Positions 1 to 10,265 of a DNA stretch of 64,000 nucleotides are shown in pieces. Location: NCBI GenBank assembly GCA_964016885.1, contig OZ024757.1, positions 15,066,001 through 15,130,000 on the forward strand, given 5' to 3'. A model generated the notes under the pieces. That model was given only the letters and a program-made list of their open reading frames with translations, searched no databases and was not told the origin of the DNA. Position numbers and translations under genes: made by a program. The DNA comes from Eledone cirrhosa (taxonomy: Eukaryota). Position 1 is the first letter of the stretch, and each line of letters opens with the position of its first letter.

Positions 1-3000
1 CAAAGAGCCGGGCCATGTTCCTTGTAAGAGCGCCGGCTCACTGGATTTGACCCACCGGAGGTTTCAAATACCGACTATACTAGTTCGTAGGGATACACCC
101 GATAAATTTATTCTGGAGTACCCAACCCACGCTTTGGTTTTGAGAGGCAAGCAACTGCCGTCGTGGCTCGCGTGCGACCCCATGGACTCTGTCTGTGAGG
201 TTGGGCAAACAGTCGCGGGGGAGGACTGTCTCGAGATTCCGTGTAAGAGCGTAGTCATGTTCTGCTCGTGCTGTTCGCGTCATTTCTCGGACCCGTCTGG
301 TGGGGCGGAGCATTTGCTGCGCTGTCATGAGCGAAAGGCAGTTTTTAGGTGCAGCAAATGCGGTAGGGAGAGTTGCCACCTGCATTCGCTCCGGGTGCAC
401 GTGGGCCGATGCACGGGCAGGAGATGGGACGACATGCCCGCCGTCTCGGACTTGATCCACAGGTGCGGAGAGTGCGACCGTGCCTTCCGTACGGTCGCAG
501 GAAGATCGCAGCACGAGAGGCATCGTCATCCAGTGGCAGCCAATCGCCGCAGGATCGCGAAACACGCAGAGGAGATCGGAAAGAAGCGTGCCTCTCGTGC
601 TGCTGCTGCAGCCTCTCGTGAGAGAGCTGGGCAACCCCGCACCCGGGTTGGCCGTGGTTGTTGGTCCGAGCAGGAGGTTTCGGTCCTTCTCGAGAAGGAG
701 GACGAGCTTCTTAGGGCGGGGTGTCGTCGTGTCAATCTTGGGATCGCTCCTTTCCTGCCCGGAAAGACTGTGAAACAGATTAGTTCGAAGAGGAGCGATC
801 TAAGGAATAAAAAGAAACACTGTAAACAGTCCCCTACCCGTTCTGCAGGGTCGTTAGAAAGACGGCCGCCTAACCAGCCGAGTGGGGCGTCCATCCCGGT
901 TGCATCTGATAGCGATTGGAGGAACTTGTTTGGCGAGGCGGTGGAGCAGGGGCGCTCCCAATGGTCCGCCGCTTTTGCCGAGTATCTTGTTACATTCTGT
1001 GATGAGATCACGGATGAGAGCTGGGATGCGTTCGCCGGGTTTGTCGACGAATGGGTGAACAATGTGTGCTCGAATAGAAGGCGTGGTGGAGCGCGAAACA
1101 CACGGAAAAAGAGTAGATTTAAAAGGCCCTATAAGAAAACTGGTAGAAAGAGTGCAAAGAGTTTGCTCTACGCTCGCTACCAGTTTTTGTATGACCGAGA
1201 CAGGAAGAAGCTCCTTACAGTAATTTTAGGCGAAGAGATGCAGGGGGTGTGTCCTGTCCCGATGGCGGACATCGCGTCTGCTTACGAGGACAGATTCTCC
1301 GTCCCTGGACCAGATGTGGATCTTAGCGCGTATCCCGCAACGGAGATGGTTAACAATGAGCCGCTTTTGCAGCCGTTTACCGTGTCCGAGGTGGTGGGTG
1401 CGCGTAGGTGTATGGATCCGCATTCGGCTCCGGGGCCCGACGGAATCACGCCCCAACAGGTGCGCGCAATCGACCCTGCAACTCTAGTGAACTTATTCAA
1501 CTGTTTGCTGCTAGCCGGGAGAGTTCCTGATATCTTGAAGCAGGGAAGGTCAGTCCTCATTCGCAAAAAGATGGACGGTCCGATCGACCTTTCCAATTGG
1601 AGACCCCTAACGATATGCTCTGCCATGTATCGTCTATACAGCAGGATTCTCTCCAAAAGAATGCTTCAGGTAACACCCCTGAACCCGGCCCAACGAGGGT
1701 TCATTAATGCGGACGGCTGCAGTGAGAATTTATTCTTACTGCAGCAACTAATCGCTCGCACTAGGGGTGGGCTAGCTCGATCGAGGATTCGGCAGTTGAA
1801 CGTGGCCTTCTTGGACCTTGCCAAGGCCTTCGATACTGTTCCGCACTCACTTGTGTTTGCGGGCATGAGAAGACTTGGATTTCACGAACACATGGTCGAA
1901 GTCGTGAGAGGTCTATACGAGGGCTGTGTCACAAAATTCTCGGTCGGAGCGGAAACGAGCAGAGCCATCTCGATCAGGCGAGGAGTACGGCAAGGAGATG
2001 CCCTCTCGCCCCTTCTCTTCAACATTGCCACTGATCCGCTGTTGGACGCCTTGTCCAACGATTGTGGTTTATGGATTGGAGAGTTGGGTTTGTCGAGTTT
2101 GGCGTACGCGGATGACAATGCTCTGGTGTCCGGCTCCTCGGTGGGGATGCAGCGCCTAGTTGACAGGTGTGTGTCTTTCTACCGGGAGATGGGGCTAGCA
2201 GTGAATGTCTCCAAATGCGCCTTTTTCTCGATTAAAGCGTGGGGAAAGTCTTTCTTGGTCAACACGGACTCCGCCCCTGAGATTGATGGGATTCAGCTCT
2301 TGAGAATCGACCCTGCGGAGAAGTGTTCTTACTTAGGTGTTAGTGCCGGCCCGTGGTCGAACCTCGAGTTGAAAGTTTCGGCGGAGCAGGTGTCACAGTG
2401 TGTCGATCAGATTTGCTGTGCTCCACTGAAGCCCCGGCAGAAACTCCATCTACTACAGCAGTATTACCTGCCTAGATTGTTTTAGTCTGGTGCAGGTGAT
2501 GCCGAGCCGGATTAAACTTTAGGAGCTAGACGCGGCGATTCGCGCGGGAACACGTAAGATTATGCATCTGCATGCGTCGACCTCGGTTTCCTTCTTGTAC
2601 TGTAGCAGGCGGCACGGTGGATTGGGTCTTTGCCATCTGGCGAAGTTAATCCCATCCATCGTGATTTGTAAGAATCTCCGCCTGCTAGCCTCTCGATATG
2701 ACGCGGTTCGTCTCATGGCGGAATCGGCGGGCCTCGCTATGCGGAACAGCGAGATAGCGTTACGCTATGGGCTACCTCCGGTCTCGCCTGGCGCGTCCAC
2801 GTACGAGCCCGATCTTGGACGGCAGGCCGCCGAGGCCTGGGGCTCCCAGCCCGCCCAGGGGCTGTGTGCGGGGTCGTTTTGGGCTGACTGAATCGGCAAC
2901 GATTGGTTGCTCCGCCCGGGTGTGGTTTCTGAGGGGACCTTTTTGAGTCTTCTCAAATTGCGAACCAATACGTTTCCCACCCGGGAATGCTTGACGAGAG

Positions 3001-3003
3001 GAG
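1..3003 (+). mobile_element. R2-A clade non-LTR retrotransposon, copy 1 (5' end outside window, 3' truncated at ~3003; disrupted ORF)
   Basis: ORF 47-2485 has three N-terminal zinc fingers (CSCC..H..H, CSKC..H..C, CGEC..H..H), a Myb-like motif (WSEQEV..LPGKTVKQISSKR) and RT motifs (APGPDG, AFLDLAKAFD, GVRQGDALSP, YADD). The reading continues in another frame after TTT-TAG at 2480-2485 (GGLGL, LRTNTFPTREC) and stops before the CCHC/RLE domain. Confidence 0.92.
47..2485 (+). CDS. R2-type ZF-Myb-reverse transcriptase ORF (N-terminus open, ends at frameshift/stop)
   Basis: 812-aa ORF with C2H2/CCHC/C2H2 fingers, Myb and a complete RT core with YADD. Confidence 0.85.
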   Translation: MTHRRFQIPTILVRRDTPDKFILEYPTHALVLRGKQLPSWLACDPMDSVCEVGQTVAGEDCLEIPCKSVVMFCSCCSRHFSDPSGGAEHLLRCHERKAVFRCSKCGRESCHLHSLRVHVGRCTGRRWDDMPAVSDLIHRCGECDRAFRTVAGRSQHERHRHPVAANRRRIAKHAEEIGKKRASRAAAAASRERAGQPRTRVGRGCWSEQEVSVLLEKEDELLRAGCRRVNLGIAPFLPGKTVKQISSKRSDLRNKKKHCKQSPTRSAGSLERRPPNQPSGASIPVASDSDWRNLFGEAVEQGRSQWSAAFAEYLVTFCDEITDESWDAFAGFVDEWVNNVCSNRRRGGARNTRKKSRFKRPYKKTGRKSAKSLLYARYQFLYDRDRKKLLTVILGEEMQGVCPVPMADIASAYEDRFSVPGPDVDLSAYPATEMVNNEPLLQPFTVSEVVGARRCMDPHSAPGPDGITPQQVRAIDPATLVNLFNCLLLAGRVPDILKQGRSVLIRKKMDGPIDLSNWRPLTICSAMYRLYSRILSKRMLQVTPLNPAQRGFINADGCSENLFLLQQLIARTRGGLARSRIRQLNVAFLDLAKAFDTVPHSLVFAGMRRLGFHEHMVEVVRGLYEGCVTKFSVGAETSRAISIRRGVRQGDALSPLLFNIATDPLLDALSNDCGLWIGELGLSSLAYADDNALVSGSSVGMQRLVDRCVSFYREMGLAVNVSKCAFFSIKAWGKSFLVNTDSAPEIDGIQLLRIDPAEKCSYLGVSAGPWSNLELKVSAEQVSQCVDQICCAPLKPRQKLHLLQQYYLPRLF

Positions 3004-4989
3004 GTGCTGAAAGAAGGCAGGTCCATTCTTCTGCCTAAAAGCGGAAGAAACCCGAACGACCTGTCCGACTGGAGGCCCCTGACGATTTGCTCTGCGATTT
3101 ATCGTCTCTACACGAAGGTTCTGGCGAGGCGCTTCTTGCAAGCCACTCCCCTGAACCAGGCGCAGAGGGGATTCATTAAGGCAGACGGGTGCGGCGAGAA
3201 CGTTTTTGTGATTCGCGAACTGATTGCGATGGCGCAGGGTCGGAGAGGTGCCCGACGTCTGGGCCGTCTCGATGTCGCCTTTTTGGATCTCGCAAAGGCC
3301 TTCGACACGATTCCCCATCAGTTGGTGGCCGCCGGTATGAGGCGGAAGGGATTTTGCGCTCACATCACTGACCTTGTCGCCGACCTGTACACGGGGGCGA
3401 CGACCAGGTTCGAGTTGCGCTCGGGGAGGAGCGACCCCATACCGATTCTGAGAGGAGTCCGACAGGGTGATGCGCTTTCCCCGATTCTGTTTAACATAGC
3501 GACGGACTCGCTGCTGGATCGCCTCTCTGAGCAGAGGGGTGTTTGCGTCGGAGCGGCGGGCATATCGTGCTTGGCGTACGCGGACGACACGGCACTGTTG
3601 TCCGGCTCCTCAGGGGGCCTGCAGCGTCTGCTCGATCAGAGCGCGAGCTTCTTCAGGGAGGTCGGCATGGCGGTGAATGTGTCTAAGTGTACGTCGTTCG
3701 CGCTGGAGTCGCGGTCCCGTACCTTCTTTGTGAATAGGGATGCGTCCCCGGTGATCGGCGGTAGGCCTCTGCCGCGGTTTGACCCTGCCGACAGGTCCTT
3801 CCGATATCTCGGGGTGGAGGTCGATACTTGGTCCGGTGGTGGCGAGGTGGTCTCCGTGGAGTGGTTGCGCGGATCCCTCGAAAAAATCCGCGCTGCACCC
3901 CTCAGGCCGAGACAGATGTTGGATCTGGTTCAGACCTTTCTCCTCCCGAGATTCCTCTACGGTCTGACGATGAATCTTCCGGCGCGATGCGTGCTCGAGT
4001 CACTGGATGCGGTGGTGCGTTCCGGGGTGCAGTCGTTCTTACATCTCCACGAGTCGACATCGTCCCATTTCCTCTACAGTTCCAGGGCGGATGGCGGACT
4101 CGGCCTCCAGGAGCTGGCGAGATCTATCCCGGCGAACGTGATTAAACTCTACCGCAGACTCGAGACATCTAGCTCGGCTGCAGTCCGGGGGCTTGCGGAC
4201 GCGGCTGGTCTGCGTGCGAGGTGCGCCGAGATCGCCACCAGGTACGGACTGCCGCTGCCGCCTTCTGACCCGGAGCGGCCTTATGATCCCGGCATCCGAG
4301 CGTTCCACTCGCGGGCGTGGGAGTCGCAGCCGGTGCAGGGGCTATGTGCGGCCGCCTATCGTGGGAACGTAGAAGGCAACGACTGGCTATACAGTGGCGG
4401 CCCTGGCCCCCTCGAGGAATGGACGTTTCTGTGCTGCCTTAAGATCCGTACGAACACGTTTCCCACGCGGGAATGCCTCGCAAGGGGAGATCGCTCATGT
4501 CGTAGATGCGGAGCGAGGGTCGAGTCGCTCTCGCATCTGAGCGGGGCGTGCGCCGCGCTCGGGCGCCTTCGGCTTCACAGGCACAACTCGGTGTGCGGTT
4601 GGATCGGAAAGGAAGCGGAGCGCCTGGGCTGGTCGGTCGCGGTGGAGCCGGTCTTCTTCGTGGAGGGCCGAACGCTCATTCCGGATCTGGTATTTAGCAA
4701 GCCGGGTTGGAGGGTCATAATTGATGCGACGATTCGGCTCGAGCAGGGTTCGGCCCTTGAGAGGGCGGCCGAGGAGAAAGTGTCGGAATATTCCCCGTTG
4801 GCGGATTCGCTTCGGGAGGGCGATCCCCGGACGACGGTCTTCGTGCACGGTTTTCCAATTGGGGCTTGTGGCAGCTGGTCCGTCGCGGCCGAGGCAGCTT
4901 TGAACGATCTTGGAGTTGGGGGCGGTGCGTTCCAGAGATTCCTCTGCAGGCGCACTCTCTGTAACACCATGGGGTTGTTACGTGATTGA
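3004..4989 (+). CDS. R2-like RT + CCHC zinc knuckle + restriction-like endonuclease (5'-truncated, otherwise uninterrupted)
   Basis: 661-aa ORF with AFLDLAKAFD, GVRQGDALSP, YADD, GGLGL, CRRC..ESLSHLSGAC, HRHNSV and PDLV..IIDATI..EEK..Y (PD..D..K RLE). Confidence 0.9.
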   Translation: MLKEGRSILLPKSGRNPNDLSDWRPLTICSAIYRLYTKVLARRFLQATPLNQAQRGFIKADGCGENVFVIRELIAMAQGRRGARRLGRLDVAFLDLAKAFDTIPHQLVAAGMRRKGFCAHITDLVADLYTGATTRFELRSGRSDPIPILRGVRQGDALSPILFNIATDSLLDRLSEQRGVCVGAAGISCLAYADDTALLSGSSGGLQRLLDQSASFFREVGMAVNVSKCTSFALESRSRTFFVNRDASPVIGGRPLPRFDPADRSFRYLGVEVDTWSGGGEVVSVEWLRGSLEKIRAAPLRPRQMLDLVQTFLLPRFLYGLTMNLPARCVLESLDAVVRSGVQSFLHLHESTSSHFLYSSRADGGLGLQELARSIPANVIKLYRRLETSSSAAVRGLADAAGLRARCAEIATRYGLPLPPSDPERPYDPGIRAFHSRAWESQPVQGLCAAAYRGNVEGNDWLYSGGPGPLEEWTFLCCLKIRTNTFPTRECLARGDRSCRRCGARVESLSHLSGACAALGRLRLHRHNSVCGWIGKEAERLGWSVAVEPVFFVEGRTLIPDLVFSKPGWRVIIDATIRLEQGSALERAAEEKVSEYSPLADSLREGDPRTTVFVHGFPIGACGSWSVAAEAALNDLGVGGGAFQRFLCRRTLCNTMGLLRD

Positions 4990-5888
4990 GCACGTCCGCG
5001 GGGCGCCTCCTTTGCTTTGTTTTAGACCTTTCGGGCCCATCGATGGCGACCTCCCGTAAAATCTCACCTTGGCCGAGCTCGACCCCCCTCCACTGGGCTT
5101 AGTGTCGGTCGTTGAGGTCCAGTCGCCAACGATCCGGCTCCCCGTTCTTTGTTTTAGAAAGACTCCCGTTCTTTGTTTTAGACCATTCGAGCCTATCGAT
5201 GGCGACCTCCCGTAAAAACTCACCGTGGCCGAGCCCGCCCTCCCGACTAAAACTGGGCTGGGTGTCGGCCGTTGAGTTACAGTCGCCAACGATACGGCTC
5301 CCCGCTTTTTGTTTCAGACACGGATCCCCGCCACAGGGCGACGCGTCGGTGTCCGAACCTCGAGCTCCACCCCCCCCCCCGCAGACGGGAGGCTCGGTTG
5401 GGACGATTCGGCTCCGTCGACCCTTCAAGGCGGGGACAAACGCGACGTCGCACTGGTATGCCCCCCCTCGGGGTCAGCGGAGCGTTTGCTCCGGGCGTGG
5501 GTCTAACGCGTTATCGGACTTACACTACCGGAAAAGACAAGCGGCCTAAGACCGCGATACCGACAAGTCGTGACGAATACCCATCCGTCGTGGCTTGCTA
5601 GTCTGGGTCGGACTCGAGCCCGACATGGAAGCTAGACAGCGCAGTTTAGGTCTGCCAAATAGAGCGGTGGATTTCTCCCCGGCGGTCAGAGTAGCTCCCC
5701 AGTCCGATAGGCTCGAGTTCTTCCTGCCCCAACTCGGGGGTCCCGCCGTCGAGCAGTTCTCCGATGGAAGAGCTTTGTTTGGGTCATGGGTCTCCCGCAT
5801 CCGTTGATGTCGCCATTATTTGGCGGGGTTAGTGTCTCTCCACGCAAATGAGATAACGTCATAATTTATTATTGACATCGAAAACTAT
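3004..5888 (+). mobile_element. Second R2-like family element, 5'-truncated, with long 3' UTR
   Basis: Begins abruptly inside the RT (LKEGRSILLPK) and is clearly divergent from copy 1. A GC-rich 3' UTR with an internal ~160-bp duplication follows. The 3' boundary is approximate. Confidence 0.85.
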
Positions 5889-6087
5889 GTAACTATGACT
5901 CTCTCTTGTCGGCACCACCCTTGGCGTGGGAAGAGAGCTTAAGTCAGTGGTTTTGAGCTGTATGAGAGAGGCAGCTCTGTCCCGCTTCCCTTTTTTCTTT
6001 TTTTTTTTTTGCGGTGGTCAGTGTTGACTCGGCAGGTTCTACCATTCTCGGTTGGTCGGCCACATTAATGACGAACTAATTGGTGCC
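5889..6087 (+). ncRNA. 28S-rRNA-derived leader plus HDV-like self-cleaving ribozyme fold at the R2 5' end
   Basis: GTAACTATGACTCTCT (5889-5904) matches 28S just upstream of the R2 target. P1 CTCTCTT(5901-5907)/AAGAGAG(5931-5937); P2 GGCACCA(5911-5917)/TGGTGCC(6081-6087); P3 CCC/GGG with a 7-nt loop; CTAA (6076-6079) at the catalytic J4/2 position. Confidence 0.72.
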
Positions 6088-6093
6088 TAAATT

Positions 6094-9000
6094 ATGATGA
6101 TACAAAATTTGAAGTCCACACGGCAGCTGGGGGCCGAAAAACCAGTGGCCGGAGGGAATGGGATGGGTCCCTCCGGCCTGTCGCAGCGTTCAGTAATGGC
6201 CCGCTGCGATTGGCAACTGTCTCCGAGGACTGGCAAAGAGCCGGGCCATGTTCCTCATAAGAGCGCCGGCTCACTGGATTTGACCCACCGGAGGTTTCAA
6301 ATACCGACTATACTAGTTCGTAGGGATACACCCGATAAATTTATTCTGGAGTACCCAACCCACGCTTTGGTTTTGAGAGGCAAGCCACTGCCGTCGTGGC
6401 TCGCGCGCTACCCCATGGACTGTCTGTGAGGTTGGGCCAACAGTCGCGGGGGAGGACTGTCTCGAGATTCCGTGTAAGAGCGTAGTCTTGTTTTGCTCGT
6501 GCTGTTCGCGTCATTTCTCGGGCCCGTCTGGTGGGCGGAGCATTTGCTGCGCTGTCATGAGCGAAAGGCAGTTTTTAGGTGCAGCAAATGCGGTAGGGAG
6601 AGTTGCCACCTGCATTCGCTCCGGGTGCACGTGGGCCGATGCACGGGCAGGAGACGGGACGGCATGCCCGCCGTCTCGGACTTGATCCACAGGTGCGGAG
6701 AGTGCGACCGTGCCTTCCGTACGGTCGCAGGAAGCTCGCAGCACGAGAGACATCGTCATCCAGTGGCAGCCAATCGCCGCAGGATCGCGAAACACGCGGA
6801 GGAGATCGGAAAGAAGCGTGCCTCTCGTGCTGCTGCTGCAGCCTCTCGTGAGCAGGCTGGGCAGCCCCGCACCCGGGTTGGCCGTGGTTGTTGGTCCGAG
6901 CAGGAGGTTTCGGTCCTTCTCGAGAAGGAGGACGAGCTTCTTAGGGCGGGGTGTCGTCGTGTCAATCTTGGGATCGCTCCTTTCCTGCCCGGAAAGACTG
7001 TGAAACAGATTAGTTCGAAGAGGAGCGATCTAAGGAATAAAAAGAAACACTGTAAACAGTCCCCTACCCGTTCTGCAGGGTCGTTAGAGAGACGGCCGCC
7101 TAACCAGCCGAGTGGGGCGTCCATCCCGGTTGCCTCTGATAACGATTGGAGGAACTGGTTTGGCGAGGCGGTGGTGCCTGGGCGCTCTCGATGGTCCGCC
7201 GCTTTTGCCGAGTGTCTAGTTACATTCTGTGATGAGATCACGGATGAGAGCTGGGATGCGTTCGCCGGGTTTGTCGATGAATGGGTGAACAATGTGTGCT
7301 CGAACAGAGGGCGTGGTAGAGCGCGAAATACACGGAAAAAGAGTAGATTTAAAAGGCCCTATAAGAAAACTGGTAGAAAGAGTGAAAAGAGTTTGCTCTA
7401 CGCTCGCTACCAGTTTTTGTACGACCGAGACAGGAAGAAGCTCCTTACAGTAATTTTAGGCGAAGAGATGCAGGGGGTGTGTCCTGTCCCACATGGCGGA
7501 CATCGCGTCTGCTTACGAAGACAGATTCTCCGTCCCTGGACCAGATGTGGATCTTAGCGCGTATCCCGCAACGGAGATGGTGAACAATGAGCCGCTTTTG
7601 CGGCCGTTTACCGTGTCCGAAGTGGTGGGTGCGCGTAGGTGTATGGACCTGCATTCGGCTCCGGGGCCCGACGGAATCACGCCCCAACAGGTACGCGCAA
7701 TCGACCCTGCAACTCTAGTGAACTTATTCAACTGTTTGCTGCTAGCCGGGAGAGTTCCCGATATCTTGAAGCAGGGAAGGTCAGTCCTCATTCGCAAAAA
7801 GATGGACGGTCCGATCGACCTTTCCAATTGGAGACCCCTAACGATATGCTCTGCCGTGTATCGTCTATACACCAGGATTCTCTCCAAAAGAATGCTTCAG
7901 GTAACACCCCTGAACCCGGCCCAACGAGGGTTCATTAATGCGGACGGCTGCAGTGAGAATTTATTCTTACTGCAGCAACTAATCGCTCGCACTAGGGGTG
8001 GGCTAGCTCGATCGAGGATTCGGCAGTTGAACGTGGCCTTCTTGGACCTTGCCAAGGCCTTCGATACTGTTCCGCACTCACTTGTGTTTGCGGGCACGAG
8101 AAGACTTGGATTTCACGAACACATGGTCGAAGTCGTGAGAGGTCTATACGAGGGTTGTGTTACAAAATTCTCGGTCGGAGCGGAAACGAGCAGAGCCATC
8201 TCGATCAGGCGAGGAGTACGGCAAGGAGATGCCCTCTCGCCCCTTCTCTTCAACATTGCCACTGATCCGCTGTTGGACGCCTTGTCCAACGACTGTGGTT
8301 TATGGATTGGAGAGTTGGGTTTGTCGAGTTTGGCGTACGCGGATGACAATGCTCTGGTGTCCGGCTCCTCGGTGGAGATGCAGCGCCTAGTTGACAGGTG
8401 TGTGTCTTTCTACCGGGAGATGGGGCTAGCAGTAAATGTCTCCAAATGCGCCTCTTTCTCGATTAAAGCGTGGGGAAAGTCTTTCTTGGTCAACACGGAC
8501 TCCGCCCCTGAGACTGATGGGATTCAGCTCTTGAGAATCGACCCTGCGGAGAAGTGTTCTTACTTAGGTGTTAGTGTCGGCCCGTGGTCGAACCTCGAGT
8601 TGAAAGTTTCGGTGGAGCAGGTGTCAAAGTGTGTCGATCAGATTTGCTGTGCTCCACTGAAGCCCCGGCAGAAACTCCATCTACTACAGCAGTATTACCT
8701 GCCTAGATTGTTTTAGTCTAGTGCAGGTGATGCCTAGCAGGATTAAACTCGAGGAGCTAGACGCGGCGATTCGCGCGGGAACACGTAAGATTATGCATCT
8801 GCATGCGTCGACCTCGGTTTCCTTCTTGTACTGTAGCAGGCGGCACGGTGGATTGGGTCTTTGCCATCTGGCGAAGTTAATCCCATCCATCGTGATTCGT
8901 AAGAATCTCCGCCTGCTTGCCTCTCGATATGACGCGGTTCCTCTCATGGCGGAATCGGCGGGCCTTGCTGTGCGAAACAGCGAGATAGAGATGCGTTATG

Positions 9001-9673
9001 GTTTGCCTACGGTTCCTCCGGGCTCGACCACGTACGCGCCTGATCTTGGGCGGGAATGCACCGAGTTTGGCCTCTCAGCCCGTCCAGGGGTGACCGAATC
9101 GGTAACGATTGGCTGCTCCGCCCGGGTGTGGTTTCTGAGGGGACCTTTCTAAGTTGCCTTAAACTGCGAACCAATACGTTTCCCACCCGGGAATGCCTGG
9201 CGGTCGCGGTGATAAGACCTGCCGACGTTGTGGAACGGCCGCTGACACAATCGCCTACATCAGCGGCCAGTGCCCTCTTCTGAAGAGAAGGCACTTGGCC
9301 CGGCATGACCAGCTGATAGCGGACGAATCCATACGCCTTGGTTGGAGGGTCGGCTGGGAGCCCTCTTACCGAGTGAATAATGCGAGACTCATTCCGGATC
9401 TGGTAATGACGAGATGGGGTACGACGGTGGACGGTGAGATATGAGCAGGGAAGTGCTTTGAATGATGCCGCGGCAGAGAAGGTACGTAAGTACCTTCCGT
9501 TGACTGCGCTGCTAGAAAATGAAACAGATGGGAGTCTTGGTTCATGGCTGTCCCATCGGAGCTTGGTCGAACACGGCTGAAGAGACACTAACTGCTCTCG
9601 GGATTGAGGACGATGCGTTCAGGAGGCTTCTGTGCCGTCGAGCGATGCTAGCGACGCTGGAAATGCTTGAGTA
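6094..9673 (+). pseudogene. Disrupted R2 ORF (ZF-Myb-RT-RLE)
   Basis: ATG at 6094 is in frame with the copy-1 N-terminus. Indels lie at ~6421, ~6533, ~7491, ~8713 and several places in the endonuclease region. Confidence 0.85.
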
Positions 9674-10265
9674 GGGTCCGGCTGGATTCGACTTGTTGGC
9701 TGGCTCTCGGGATGGGGCTTTCCGGGCGCTTCTGGTCCCTCTCACTTTGACTGACTGTCGTCCAATCCCCTTTTCTCTTGTATGAACCCGTGCCGGGTTC
9801 GGGGGATGATTGCCTCAGGTTTTATTTTGTTTGTTTGTTTGTGCGCGTTAGAGCCTAGAATCTCTCTTCCTACTTCCGACTAACCAATTAACCCGGTAAG
9901 CGGTCGGATGGATAATCCGACTCCGCCGGTTCCGCGAGTCGGGGCGTTCGTATTGGGTGTACGATAGCACGCCCTTACCCCTCGCTGCAGGGTTACGCGT
10001 TGTTATTGTGTTTTTTATTGTTGTTTATTAATGTTTATTAATTTAGTTTATAATAGGAGAGTAGGAAACACAGGTCTCGAAGCGCGGTATTTACGGGTGG
10101 TTGAGCGGTGCACGACCACCTTATTTTAGTTTATGAAACAGAACAAGGATTGGACTTTATCTACCGGAAGTGACAGATGGCGGCTGGAATTGCGGTTGGC
10201 GTGACATGATGACTCTGCCACGGCCGAGACATTTTTCCCAAACGGTAGATTACTACGGCATACCA

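Larger units (their letters stand above)
5889..10140 (+). mobile_element. R2-A clade non-LTR retrotransposon, copy 2 (full length, frameshifted)
   Basis: Near-identical to copy 1 over ~6234-8970. ORF pieces at 6094-6429, 6493-7557, 7493-8716, 8721-9152 and 9193-9444 give ZF, Myb, RT, CRRC..SGQC, ARHD and IPDLV. T-rich 3' UTR; 3' end approximate. Confidence 0.9.

Noticed and set aside
47-4989. A single R2 protein with two RT domains
   Set aside because: The second RT starts mid-domain and out of frame with the upstream element, which also has stops at 2483, ~2520 and ~2889. Two joined elements explain it better.
5889-5907. 28S rRNA gene
   Set aside because: Only ~16 nt match; no further rRNA sequence on either side
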